From positions 105,152,001 through 105,216,000 of the forward strand of contig OX597822.1 of assembly GCA_951406725.2 (NCBI GenBank): a stretch of DNA of 64,000 bases. Direction: 5' to 3'. Below, in pieces: positions 28,833-41,950 of the stretch; the stretch's first letter is position 1; each line of letters starts with the position of its first letter. Source of the stretch: Octopus vulgaris. Taxonomy: Eukaryota. Below the pieces are notes generated by a model. That model worked only from the letters and a program-made list of their open reading frames with translations, was not told the DNA's origin and ran no database searches. A program made the position numbers and the translations under genes.

Positions 28833-29812
28833 TTCTCGGCCAAATTATAAGGGTAATAATACCCGATTTTCTGCTGTTTTCATGACTATACTGCGTTCGA
28901 AACATTACCCTCTTGTCTGTATAATATGGCAGACCACTTACATGGAATTTCGTCCGTCTTTTCAAACCAAATTCCTGAAGAGATTTTCTATACATGGGTA
29001 TGAATTGTTTATAAATCAAATGTATAGAAGTCGAAACAAATTACTGGCATTTTGGATTTTTTAAATAATTTTTTCAATTTTATCTTATCTTATATTATAT
29101 TATACTACTATACATATAAATTGTTAGATTTTCAATTGTATTTCTCTATATTTCAATTTATTGTTTATATATACACACACATGATAGCTGTCCGTTCGTG
29201 ACCAACGAAGAACAGCACTGATCATTGAGAACATTGAGCATTCAGGTACAATTATACTGTACACTTGTAACTACACTGATGACTAAATTCAGCCCTTTGA
29301 AAACACATCCGTTCACAGATATTGCAGACCAAGCTTCGTCCTTTCACCATAACTGGCGTACATTTTCGAGCAGCTAGCTTAAACTTTGTATGGAAAATGC
29401 ATGTTTTTTTTTCAACAAAAAAAAAAACCCAGTTATTCTTTTATTTACTTGCTTCATTCATTAATGGCGATGACAGGCATTGCTTTCCCAATTGACCTCC
29501 CATATTTAACATGCTTTCAACGAGGACTTTACACAGCTCTTATTTCGTGGCCTTGGTTTCCGGTGGGGGCACTATTCACAAACATGTTTGCCATACAGCA
29601 TTTATTAGGGATCCTCTGATCGGAGGACAGATACACTTATATATGTGTGTGTTTGTGTGTGTGTGTGTGCGTGCGTTTGTGTGTGTATGTTTGTGACTGT
29701 GTGTGTACATCAATATATATATATATATAATATATATATATATGCATACACACATACACGTATTTACATATACATACTCGATATATATATATGTGTGTGT
29801 GCGTGTGTGTGA

Positions 29813-29845
<33 letters not shown>

Positions 29846-30341
29846 CGTGCGTGTGTGTATGTGTGTGATTGTGTGTACATCAATATACAATGTATATATA
29901 GGCATACGCACAGACACAAACAGACATACACATAATTACATACACATACATTCTCGATATATATATGTGTGTGTGTATGTAGTTTAATTCATTGAATTTT
30001 GCTCATGTTTGCTTCATCATATATTCTGCGTTCTCTGTAAATATATTGCTATATCTATCCATAAACTCAAATCCCACAAACCACACTAGATTGACGGATT
30101 CGATTGTTTTGTTGGAGATCAACAATACAGAATAGCAGAACACATTTCTCCTATACACATTAAACATGCCGGTCACCAAGGAACATTTTATAAATGTAAG
30201 GTTATTGGGGAAAAAAGAAAGAAAAGTAAAACAGACTATGTGTTAGTAAACGTACGTTTATAGAAAGTTATCCTTTTAACGATTATCTAGTATGAAATAA
30301 TTCGGATTCAAGGTAAAATATCTGTCACAAATTACATATTA

Positions 30342-30717
30342 CTTACTTGTACTTGTGGCGACATTCACCCTGGGCGGGTGGAGTCGGCTTCTTCTACGAA
30401 TGGAAGAAGTTTCGTAGGAATATGAGGATTTCACAAGCGGTCCCCAACAATCCCGCATGTGGAGACATCCTGTTTGCCGCAGATTGTCCGCAGACGCAGG
30501 GACAGAACGACCGAGGAGCCTCCGGTTGCCGAAGCAGACACTCCGAGGATTTTCACCAGAGCCCTGTCTGCCAGGTTGTGGCCCTAATACCACTCGGTGT
30601 CAGACCAATCCGCCTTGAGTGGCCCTACCAGGAACAGAAGTTCCCGACGGTATAGCTCTGACACTACCCGTTGCCAGCATCCCTACCACGGTGAGGAGAG
30701 AATGGACTTTGGGGACG
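30342..30717 (-). mobile_element. Short GC-rich non-autonomous retroelement, probably RTE-derived (bipartite), with a 14-bp TSD
   Basis: TSD caaattacatatta at 30328-30341 and 30718-30731; (AAGT/ACAAGT)n tail on the minus strand; 5' part resembles RTE 5'UTRs (gagctatacc..cctggtagggccactcaaggc). Confidence 0.65.
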
Positions 30718-30787
30718 CAAATTACATATTAGATGTCTTTGAATTGGACCGTATAAATAAAATGATAACTTAATACTATTTTCTAAT

Positions 30788-31215
30788 ACTCTTTACTCTT
30801 ACTCTTTTACTCTTTTTCTTGTTTCAGTCATTTGACTGCGGCCATGCTGAAGCACTGCCTTTAGTCGAACAACTCGACCCCAGGACTTATTATTTTGTAA
30901 GCCCAGTACTTATTCTATCGGTCTCTTTTGCCGAATCGCTAAGTGACGGGGAGGTAAACACACCAGCATCGGTTGTCAAGCAATGCTAGGGGGACAAACA
31001 CAGACCCACAAACATATACACACATACATATAAACATATATATACATATATACGACAGGCTTCTTTCAGTTTCCGTCTACCAAATCCACTCACAAGGCTT
31101 TGGTCGGCCCGGGGCTATAGTAGAAGACACTTGCCCAAGGTGCCACGCAGTGGGACTGAACCCGGAACCATGTGGTTCGTAAGCAAGCTACTTACCACAC
31201 AGCCACTTCTACGCC
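30788..31215 (-). mobile_element. SINE family A, full length
   Basis: Homology to family A. Confidence 0.9.
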
Positions 31216-31733
31216 TATGTTACAGTTTTCGAAATCTATAAAATTGAATGCCGTTTCAAATTCTACGAAAAGTATTCATAAGGTTGAGGAAGAGTGTGTA
31301 AAGAACTCAGTTCTTGCAATACTGCAAAGACTTGCATGAAACTAAAATTAACACTTACATCCGTAATAGCAAAGCAGTAAAGAGATTAGCCTCGTACATT
31401 AAGATGAACGAGAGAAAAGAAAGTTAAGCCTTCACGCATTACATTAAAAGACCCAAACAGAACTTATTAATACTGCTAAAAGTGAACAAGATCATACAAG
31501 ATGCAATTAATGATAGAATTATGCAATCTACTGAACGGCCTCTCTGGTAAAACCAGTTCCTCTCTAATCTGTTGCTTTGACAATTTACTCAACGAACGTA
31601 ATTGCAAAATTTGACATCGTTGAAATTTAGCGCTCTTATATAGAACTATATTAAGGAAACTTTATAATTTGGCCACAGCTACGTATAATGCATCCTTAGA
31701 AAATCTTTTCTACCTTTAAATTCTTATTCTAGA

Positions 31734-32134
31734 CTAGCAGTATCGCCCGGCGTTGCTCGGGTTTGTAAGGGAAATAACTATATAAGCATTTTTAGAGAGT
31801 TATAGCCAAAAAATAGCAAAAGAATGCATTAAAAAATGGAAAAAAAATGACGGTAATTTTTTTTAAAAATCGTAGACTCATCGTAGACATTTTTAGAGAG
31901 TTACTTGCCTTATATAATAGCGAAAAAAATGCATTAAAATGGAAAAAGAATGATGGTAATTTTTTTTTAAAATCGTAGACTCATCGTAGACGTGCGCTAA
32001 TACCCAGAAGGGTTCGATATGAATCACGACTATAAGATACCCGATTTTGGTTAAACTGCACTGCAAAATGTGGGAGTAGTTAGGAATCTAAATCGTAGGA
32101 GACAGACACACAACCTCTCTTTTATATATAAAGA
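31734..32134 (-). mobile_element. Non-autonomous Helitron flanked by an 85-bp direct repeat
   Basis: Minus strand TCTTTATATATAAAAG...cccgagcaacgccggg..CTAG; internal tandem duplication of about 100 bp; flanks 31649-31733 and 32135-32219. Confidence 0.85.
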
Positions 32135-32349
32135 TATTAAGGAAACTTTATAATTTGGCTACAGCTACGTATAATGCATCCTTAGAAAATCTCTTCTACC
32201 TTTAAATTCTTATTCTAGATAAGGCCTACCTGCTTTTCGATGTCTCTACGCTCTGCATCAATTGAGCTGAAATCTGCAGTTTGCATTTTTTCTTTTTATT
32301 TCTTTTTTTTTTCGACAATCATCTTTCAGAATTTAATTTTATAGAATTA

Positions 32350-32620
32350 GTATTATGCAGAGATGATGGTTTAATCGTAACTCATAAAGAAAAAATTAAT
32401 TAGTTCATTTAAAAGTTTTGATATTAGGATTACTGCAAATTCCGACACTTACATAGTCAATATTTTAAAGATAAACATTCGCTATAGTTTCAGTAATTTA
32501 CGACTCTTATAGAGAACCTAACAGGAAATAATGAAAAGTTGTGTTGACAAAAGCTCGAATCAACCTCTTATTCTGCGAAATAAATTCCCTGGAAACATTA
32601 ATTAGATTTCGAGAACATCA
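32350..32620 (+). pseudogene. Penelope-like element reverse transcriptase fragment (decayed)
   Basis: Frameshifted translation: CRDDGLIV (YRDDGL motif), KKLISSFKSFDIRITANS..IVNILK, YREPN, KSSNQP (SNHP-like), matching the PLE RT C-terminal/thumb motif order. Confidence 0.65.
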
Positions 32621-33029
32621 GAAGACATACATACATATAAACATACATGCATACGTACATACATACATACGTATATACAAGCACACATACAAACATACGT
32701 AAATAAAAATACATACATACTCACACACGTAAACACACATATACACACATACATACAAACACACATATATACAAGCACACATACAAACATACGTAAACAA
32801 ATATACATACATACTCACACACGTAGACACACATATACACACATACATACAAACACACATACGCACATACATAGATATATAAACACACATACACACATAC
32901 AAACTCACACACAAACATGCATACATATATACATACATACATACATACAATCACATACATACAATCAGATACATACATAATTACATACATGCATACGTAC
33001 ATTCATACATATGTACATACATCAATCGA

Positions 33030-33520
33030 AAATGTAGGCCATGTGATGTTTCTGTGGAAGACATCACACATACGATTAACACCTACCGAAAAATGCCAGC
33101 AAGGCACTGTTTCCTATGCGACGCGACGTTGTCGTAAAAGTAATATACAATGCCTTTAGGAAAAAAGACTGTCCTGGAAGAAATATAGAGAATTCCTGTT
33201 ATTGAATACACACATACATATGAACATAAGGACTAATGGTGGGACATTCCCATCAAAATATCTGTGAAGTGTAAGCACAATAGGCCGGATATTGTTCTTT
33301 GAGACGGGCAAGAAAAAGCATGTACTTTCATAGAGGTCCGCTGTCCTACTGAAGTGAATATCTCTTTGAACACTAAAGAGAAGAGATTAACTGTAGACAT
33401 CTGCTTCAAATCACCAAAGTCTGTATCCGGATTATAAATTCACATTTATACCAATATTAATTGGCGCGCTTGGTCTTGTGAGTAAAATGACTTAGGGACA
33501 AACTTATTAAGCAATGGTTT
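33030..33520 (+). pseudogene. R4/Dong-type (RLE-clade) non-LTR retrotransposon C-terminal fragment
   Basis: KCRPCDVSVEDITH (zinc knuckle), RRD (RHD-like), then WWDIPIK..CKHNRPDIVL*D..KACTFIEVRCP (PD-(D/E) restriction-like endonuclease). Stops and frameshifts present. Confidence 0.75.
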
Positions 33521-33529
33521 TCAGAAAAA

Positions 33530-33933
33530 GGGAGTGACTGTGTGGTAAGTAGCTTGCCTACCAACCATATGGTTCTGGGTTTAGTCCCACTGCGTGGCAT
33601 CTTGGGCAAGTGTCTTCTGCTATAGCCTCGGGCCGACCAATGCCTTGTGAGTGGATTTAGTAGACGAAAACTGAAAGAAGCCTGTCGTATATATGTATAT
33701 ATGTGTATGTATGTCTATGTATATGTTTGTGTGTCTGTGTTTGTCCCTCTAGCATTGCTTGACAACCGATGCTGGTGTGCTTACGTCCCCGTCACTTAGC
33801 GGTTCGGCAAAATAGACCGATAGAATAAGTACTGGGCTTACAAAGTATAAGTCCCAGGGTCGATTTGCTCGACTAAAGGCGGTGCTCCAGCATGGCCGCA
33901 GTCAAATGACTGAAACAAGTAAAAGAGTAAAAG
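33530..33933 (+). mobile_element. SINE family A
   Basis: Homology to family A. Confidence 0.9.
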
Positions 33934-34351
33934 AGAGAGAGAGAGAGAGAGAGTATCTAACTCGTACATGGCAAATACCATTTGTAAGTGGAGCAGTAAA
34001 AATAAGCAAGACTTTCCTATCGTTTCAAATGTAACATTGTTTTTGTTATCCACGTTTCACTGATGGAAATTTGCATACATGTCAGAAACCTGCTCTTCCC
34101 TCACAGGAAGAAATGAAAGAATTAAAAGCAGGCGAGAAAATACATACATGTATACATTCATACACACACGTATGCAGATATTTATACAAGTATAAATATA
34201 CATACACATGTATATTTGTATGCACCTGTATATATATATATATGCGTATATGTGTGTATGTATTGATTTATGTCTACCTACATGCACATATATACGTGTG
34301 TATGTGTGTGTGCGTGTGTTTGTAAAAGGAATACATGAATAATATATATGT

Positions 34352-34519
34352 GGCGCAGGAGTGGCAGTGTGGTAAGTAGCTTGCTTACTAACCACATGGC
34401 AAATAGTTTGCCTACCGCCCATATGGTTCCGGCTTCAGTGTCTGTCTTCTACTATAGCCTCGGGCCGACCGAAAACTTGTGGCTGGATTTCGTAGACGGA
34501 AAGTGAAAGAAGCCCATCG

Positions 34520-34584
<65 letters not shown>

Positions 34585-34790
34585 TTGTGTGTCTGTGTTT
34601 GTCCCCTTAACATCGCTTGACAACCGATGCTAGTATGTTTACGTCCTGGTGATCTAACGGTTCGAAAAAGCAGACCGATAGAATAAGTACTAGGCTTACA
34701 AAAAATAAGTCCTGGGGTCGATTTGTTCGACTAAAGGCAGCGCTCCAGCATGGCAGCAGTCAAATGACTGAAATAAATAAAAGAATAGAA
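34352..34790 (+). mobile_element. SINE family A with a short head duplication
   Basis: Homology to family A; the segment tagcttgctta..ccacatgg is repeated. Confidence 0.85.
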
Positions 34791-36091
34791 GAATATATGT
34801 GTATGTATTTATGTATATGAATTTATGTGTATATACATATTTATCTATGTATATGAGCACGTGCATGTATATTAAATTAAATATATTTCACTCATGATGG
34901 TGTACATACAAAATCCACTTCGTTTCCATATTGGGATTCACTCAATGCTGATAATTTTATATTTCCTTTGAAAACAAAATATTTTATTGTTCAAAGTACC
35001 GCACATTTTACCACAACCAATCCACTGAGCCATTGCCTTCGCTTTTGTCTATCCCGGGGTTAATTAAAACATTATTATCACATTATTTCCACAGTAGACG
35101 TATCAGCATTTTAATATTTTGATGTCAAAATGAAGCTCTTGAAAAAACTCCGATAGTGTGAATTATGTATTTACTCTATGTTCGGTAAAATAAAGAAAAA
35201 AAAAAGTAAGCGTGTCTTATCGCAAGCAGTCTCTTTATTAGCAAGCTTCTACATCTTTAATTTCCCGAACTTTATACAACTGGAAATCGCTGTTAATATG
35301 TAATCCTCTTTCCATACTTCGACTAATCTTTGTTCGTTAAATTTTTAAAAAATGTCTCATTATGAATGAATGAATGAAGATAGCCAGTGTAAATTTTAGC
35401 ATTGCAAAGAAGCTGAATCGTGTAGCTACTGTATTTCGGACTGTATTTAAAAAAATTCGCCATCTACAGGAAACATTACAATGAAATAGCTATCTCTAGC
35501 GACAAGAAACTAGCAGGTGCTTGCAGCTGGTGTTCGAAGGAATAGATGCAAAGCGAATTTTTCTGTTGAGATAAAGCATATTTTTACATTAATATTGTGA
35601 AACATTAAATATTCGTTTGATCTCCCTTTTCTGATGTGTGTAAGGGTCGTGTTGAAGACATATGTACAGTCGTAGTTTGCGTTAAGAAAGAGGTATACGA
35701 ACTGAAGAACGGAGATAAAATGAATAATGTTCCCAAGAAATAGACTGACGTTTGGTTGTAAAATATAATGGGAAAGTCGAGATAATATACTTTTCGAGAA
35801 GATCTTATTTGAGGAGGTTTTAGTTCAAAGAAGTTTCCTTGACTACGGCAGAAATAGTGTGATGGCTATGCTAGGTCAAAATTCAGCTGAAGGCAGTTTA
35901 CAAAGCAGTTTCTAAGACCCAGCATATGGTATAATACTGTCATTCACAACCCTCCACTCGCTTAGCAAGGCTTTCACATACGCAGCTACTCAAACGGATA
36001 CATAGTCTTTCTGTTAGTATTATTACTCAACCAAACATTTTCATTTAATTTTTTATGTAAGGATGACTGAGTGTTTACTCACATCTATATA

Positions 36092-36322
36092 AGGCGGCGA
36101 GCTGGCAGAAACGTTAGCACGCCGGGCGAAATGCGTTGCCGTATTTCGTCTGCCGTTACGTTCCGAGTTCAAATTCCGCCGAGGTCGACTTTGCCTTTCA
36201 TCCTTCCGGGGTCGATAAATTAAGTACCAGTTACGCACTGGGGTCGATGTAATCGACTCAATCCGTTTGTCTGTCCTTGTTTGTCTCCTCTGTGTTTAGC
36301 CCCTTGTAGGTAGTAAAGAAAT
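36092..36322 (+). mobile_element. SINE family B (tRNA-like head plus Meta-like central domain), monomer
   Basis: ggcggcgagctggcagaaacgttagc..gagttcaaattcc (B box)..gcctttcatccttccggggtcgataaattaagtaccag. Older diverged copies at about 1830-2040, 5870-5990, 6270-6440, 21590-21720, 22906-23105 and 44620-44800. Confidence 0.85.
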
Positions 36323-37214
36323 ATATATATTCAGTGTTATTGTAGTTTGTATCCGTTACTGAAAATGCAGAAGATATATATATGTATGTGCGTGTGTGTG
36401 TGTGTGTGTATGTATATGTGTCAGTGTTTGTATATATATGTATACTTGTGTGTGTCCGTGTGCATAGTTAAAAGATGAGGTCGAGAGATGCTCAATATAT
36501 ATAAAAAAAGAAAATGGTAGCGCCCGGACATTTTTAACTTACCCGCCGAAATCTTTACCGAGGACCAAATCCGTAGGGTAAAGAATAGCTATAAGAGGAA
36601 TCCAGGTGAGTAGATATGAAGATTATTTATTTATTTATTTTCATCATTATCTCCATATCTGCTCACCTGGATTTCTCCTGTAGCCACTTTTTGCCCCACG
36701 AACTTGGTCCACGTTAACATTTACTCCTTAGAGTAGCTGAAATCATAATCATACATTCATTGTGTTACTCGCAAATTTTCCTTCCTACGCATCTCGTTGG
36801 TTGTTATCCACCAATCAATTTAAGTTATATATTTGGCGTCATATATTTAAATGGAATTCTGAAGCGCATTTTCTTCTTTTCAAGAAATTTACTGCGTATT
36901 ACATCGTCATACACTTTCTAACGGAATCCATGTCTGACGTCCTCGTACCAGCTCATATTTCTTTCTCTCATTTTTTGCACATATGTCACACATGCATATA
37001 TAAAATTCACACACATAAGCAGATAAATGTATTAATGAGATCCAAATGAAATTTACGCACGTGGTGGTTAAATAAACAATTGTCTTTCTAATGCCGTTTG
37101 CCTACCATGTTAAGTGGTTTACACTTCTTATATTTAATTGCTTAATTATATTTATAAATTCGCTCAATTATTGCAATATCTGCCTAACAATTAATCGATC
37201 TGCGACTACCTAGC

Positions 37215-37268
<54 letters not shown>

Positions 37269-37282
37269 CTAATCACCCCCCC

Positions 37283-37334
<52 letters not shown>

Positions 37335-37337
<3 letters not shown>

Positions 37338-37708
37338 TTTTAATTGTTTCAGTTATTTCATTGCGGCCGTGCTGAAGCACTACCTTTAGCCGAACAAATC
37401 CACCACAGGACTTGTTCTTTGTAAGACAAGTACTTGTTCTATCGGTCACTTTTGCCGAACCACTAGGTTACGGGGATGTAAACACACCAACAGCGATGGT
37501 GGTAGGACAAACACACACACACACATACACACACACACAAGCACATATATACAACGGGTTTCTTTCAATTTCCGTCTACCAAATCTACTCACAAGGCTTT
37601 GATCTGTTCGAGGCTATAGTAGAAGATACTGGTCCGTGCTACACAGTAAGACTGAACCCGGAACTATGTGGTTGGGAAGTAAGCTTCTTGCCACACAGCT
37701 ACGCTGCG
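37335..37708 (-). mobile_element. SINE family A, diverged
   Basis: Homology to family A. Confidence 0.8.
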
Positions 37709-37713
37709 TCTAG

Positions 37714-37753
<40 letters not shown>

Positions 37754-37817
37754 TCAGCTCAGAACTCCCTGGTTTGGATTTGAAAACACTGAAAGTGGGA
37801 GCATACCCTATATATAA

Positions 37818-37897
<80 letters not shown>

Positions 37898-37978
37898 CTC
37901 TATGTGTATTATATGCATGTATAGAATGTTTGTCAGTATAAATTCGTGAATGAAAGCTTATCTATGCGTACGTGTATG

Positions 37979-38025
<47 letters not shown>

Positions 38026-38530
38026 AATGTTTTTTATGTATATATGTTTGTACGTATGTATGTATGTATGTATGTATGTATGTGTATGAGTGTATGTACG
38101 TGCACATCGCTAAGCGGGGCACTCACACGTGATTGAATACGGGAGTTTCGAGCGGAAATGTTATCAGAGCACTTGTGCACATGCGTAGGAAAATAAAGGA
38201 AGAAGAAAAAAAAAACAGGATTTCCGAAGAAAAGCGAAGTTCTTTTAATCATAACGTAAGATGCGTAACTCCATGCTTGATAGAGCAAACGCAAAACAGC
38301 ATATTGAGTGATGTTATAGGAATCAAAAGGTGGATATATGATCCAGGACATTCTTCGTTATCATATGCTATTTTACCTGGCTTAAGTCATTGGATTTCGG
38401 CCATACTGGAGTATCTCTTTTGTAGTTTTCCTAGTTTATTATGTCGATCCCAATATTCTTTGGTACATATTTCAGTGTTTCCGTAGTGTAGATAGAAGGA
38501 AATAGATAAATCAAAAATCATATACATACA

Positions 38531-38566
<36 letters not shown>

Positions 38567-38630
38567 TATCATATATATGAATACGCACACACTCACACAC
38601 ACATAAATACATACATATATATATATATAT

Positions 38631-38800
38631 GGGCGCAGGAGTGGCTGTGTGCTAAGTAGCTTGCTTACCAACCACATGATCCCGGGTTCAGTCCCACTGC
38701 GTGGCACCTTGTGCTAGTGTCTTCTACTATAGCCTCGGGCCGACCAAAGCCTTGTGAGTGGATTTGGGATTTGGTAGACGTAAACTGGAAGAAGACCGTC
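38631..38800 (+). mobile_element. SINE family A, 5' part
   Basis: Intact head. Confidence 0.8.
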
Positions 38801-38895
38801 ATATATGTATATATATGTATTCTTTTATTCGTTTACTTGTTTCAGTCATTTGTCTGTGGCCATGCTGGGGCGTATATATATATATATATATAAAT

Positions 38896-39117
38896 TACGA
38901 GGGGAGAGCTGAAAAATTCCCTACTTTAAGGTTATCGCGAAATGGCCGGTTGTAGGACCAAACTTTCGTGTTCCTTTACAGGGCTTAGAAAGAATGAAGA
39001 ACCGCTGCAATAAGTGTGTGAATGTCAGAGAGGAATATATTGAATAAAATCATAATAAGCCGATTGTCCTATATTTTCTTTTACCCGAAGCCAGGAACCC
39101 TTCAGCACTCTCTTGTG
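38896..39117 (+). mobile_element. Internally deleted mariner (MITE-like)
   Basis: TIR-like ends TAcgaggggagagctgaaaaattcc / ggaacccttcagcactctcttg; retains the transposase C-terminus GLERMKNRCNKCVNVREEYIE*. Confidence 0.7.
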
Positions 39118-39409
39118 TGTATATGTATGTAAGTATGTATGTATGTATGCATGTATGTATGTATGTATGTATGTATGTATGTATGTATGTATGTATGTAT
39201 GTATGTATGTATGTGTGTATGTGTGTGTGTGTGTGTGTGTGTGATAAGATCCTTGCTTCCCAACCATATTATTCCGGGTTCAGTACCACTGCATGGTACC
39301 TTGGGCAAGTATCTTCTACTATAGACACAGTCCGACCAAATCCTTAAACGGTGGTGCCCCAGTATGGCATCACCTCGTGTGCTGAAACTGCATAATATAT
39401 ATATAATTA

Positions 39410-40550
39410 TGCAAGGGTCCGATGGGCAAATTGCGGCCAATAAGTATATATATATATATATATATAAATTTCGTGCATTCGCATACTTTGTTTATATATT
39501 GTCGACTACACAGTATAGTAGGGTCAGTTCAGCACTGTCTGTGAGACAAACATCACTATGACACCTTCCACACTGCCAGAAATTTGGAAGCGACATGCTG
39601 TATTGCTTAGCGTTCGCGCCGGAATCTCCAACGCGGTCATTTCAGAGTGTTTGAATGTCAATTTGAGGACAGTGCATGGGGTTCGGAAAGAGTTGGATGA
39701 GTCTAATGCTGATTACGAAGGTACGGCAGCTCGGAAAACTCTGATTGTTCTGATGAGAAAAGACAATTTGTTGGTGAGATCCAGGCCATGATTGAGAACA
39801 ATCACTCTGAGTCAAGGACCAGAGGGAAGCCCGTGCTACGAAGCTTTTGAACAAACTCATGCATCTCCTCCTACCGAACATGCTTTTGGATTTTCTCAAA
39901 CAAGAAAAATTCTGCCCGGATGAGATGGTGAACGCACAGAAAAATCGTTGGCTTGCTGTGTCCCCAAAATATGTAACGAGAGTGTTAAAAATCGAACAAC
40001 GAGTCAGCATCATGCTATTTAGAGTCATCACAACTGATGGCGACGTTATGCCTCCATTCATCTTCCCACACGACCTTGGCCTACATCAAGTGACTGGAGG
40101 CGGTAGTGCTGCACTGGGCCAAGAGGGTGGCTGCTAGAGGACACTATGTCTGGCAACAGGACGCCGTACCATGCTTCACAAGCAGGAGACCAAGTCATGG
40201 TTGTCGGACAATATCTGCAACCACATTGCCCCCAACATCTGTCCACGTAACTCTCCAGACTGCATGCCCTTGATCATTATGTGTAGGGTACAGCTGAGTG
40301 AGACACCAAAGATGCACTGAACGCAAGAAATATGGCAGCATTCACCAATTTAAACAAGGAGATCACCCAGAAGTGTTGCAGGAGATTCCGAAGCCGTCTA
40401 GAGGCTTTGGTTACGCCAATTACGATTTTATTGAATAAATTTCCTCTTTAATATTTCCATATATTTCTATATAATTTTGGCAAATATATCTGCAAAAATG
40501 AGATGTCAATTTTGCGCAATTTAGACAACAATTTATTTACCGTACCCTGT
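39410..40550 (+). mobile_element. Decayed Tc1/mariner (DD37D/maT-like) transposon
   Basis: Remnant motifs PDE, NAQKNRWLA, GDVMPPFIFP, YVWQQDAVPCFTSRR, NSPDC.PLD.YV. The right end (accgtaccctgt) is complementary to the family's left TIR (tacagggtac). Confidence 0.85.
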
Positions 40551-40751
40551 GTGTTTGTGCGTGCGTGTGTGTGTGTGTGTGTGTGTTTGTGCGTGCGTGT
40601 GTGTGTGTGTGTGTGTGCTTGCGTGTATGTATATCCACATATATATATATATAACGGGAAGATTTATGAAAATAAACAAAAGACGAAGGCAGGTGGAATA
40701 CAAACAAACAATTGTATCAGTATGGCGCTCAGGAATATAAATAAAACAAGT

Positions 40752-40787
40752 CCTTTACGTTTCGAGCCTACGCTCTTCAACAGAAAG
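40752..40787 (-). ncRNA. Minimal hammerhead-like motif (CUGUUGA core) in a Penelope-like fragment 40650-40930; related copy at 18841-18875
   Basis: CUUU-CUGUUGA-A-GAGC-guag-GCUC-GAAAC-GUA-AAGG. The flanking sequence is homologous to 18751-18925. Confidence 0.5.
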
Positions 40788-41649
40788 ATACGCAGAAAAG
40801 AAACACGGAGAGTAACAAGGAGAGAAAAAAAAGGAGAGAAAAAATGCGTTCAGAAGCTCGCGAATCAACATGGCGATCTGATTCCGGCCAGAAGTCAAAG
40901 ATCAAACGTGAGACGCAAGAGCGACAAAATATATATATATATATATGTATGTATGTATGTATTTATGTGTATGTATGCATACATGTACACATGAATATAT
41001 TAAACTTCGTTGTTATCATTAATACTATCACTATAATAATGTTACCGTTGTTATTACTTTATTAATAACATCATTACTGGTCGTGACTTAATGATGCTGC
41101 ATATGTTCTATACTCTTGTGATTAATTAATATATATCTTTCCTACACCATTATAATCTACAATATATTTGAATAAGCAAAATGCTAACTGAATTTACGAT
41201 CTTACAGTTGAATGGAATAACCAAGACCTAATAGGTACATTCTTATATTTGAAAACGTGATGGAAATCGTTTATGATCTTTACCTGCAAAGAAATATTAT
41301 CCTATAAATTCCTTGTGAATTCAGCATTTCTCTTTACCGCTATAATACTTATATTCCCATTTCATGTATGTTTGAAGCTTATTGCCTACGTTTAATTTAT
41401 ACGTTAGAAAGTTAATTACTCTTTCATCTCTTTATACACCAGTTCCTGTATACTCTCCTATTCACTCTCTTTTTTCCAATTTTTTTTCCACTTTTTCTTC
41501 TGTTGTTTAACTTATGCAGGCTATAATATATATGGACAAATACCAAAAAAAAATCTATCAATATTACATGGGCGCAGGCGTGGCGGTGTGGTAAGGCTGA
41601 AGTTGAAGCCACTTGGCCAAAATACCACGCAGTACGATCGAACCTCGTA

Positions 41650-41950
41650 ACATGTATGGAGGAAGTGGATGATGTACTAGGCCGCTGCTTGGGTATCAAA
41701 TCATTAGGATTGGATGATCTGCTCTATGAACTGTATGCCCACATGTCGGACTTATTTGCGCCGATTTTAGCAATTGTCTTCTACTTCTGGCAAACAGGCA
41801 GAATACACTCCCAGTCGTGTGAACTGGGGAGTGGTGACGTTGCCGAGAAAGGATCTGAACAAGGAGCATGTGATTGAAAACTTCATACCCATATCTCTAC
41901 TCAACACTGAGTTAAAGGTTTTAGCTAAGGAGCTCGCCAAGAGGTTGGCA
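41650..41950 (+). pseudogene. Tx1/L1-clade LINE reverse transcriptase N-terminal fragment
   Basis: KSLGLDDLLYELY (KSPGLDG..YE.Y), GVVTL..K, ENFIPISLLNTELKVLAKELAKRL across a frameshift. Confidence 0.8.
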
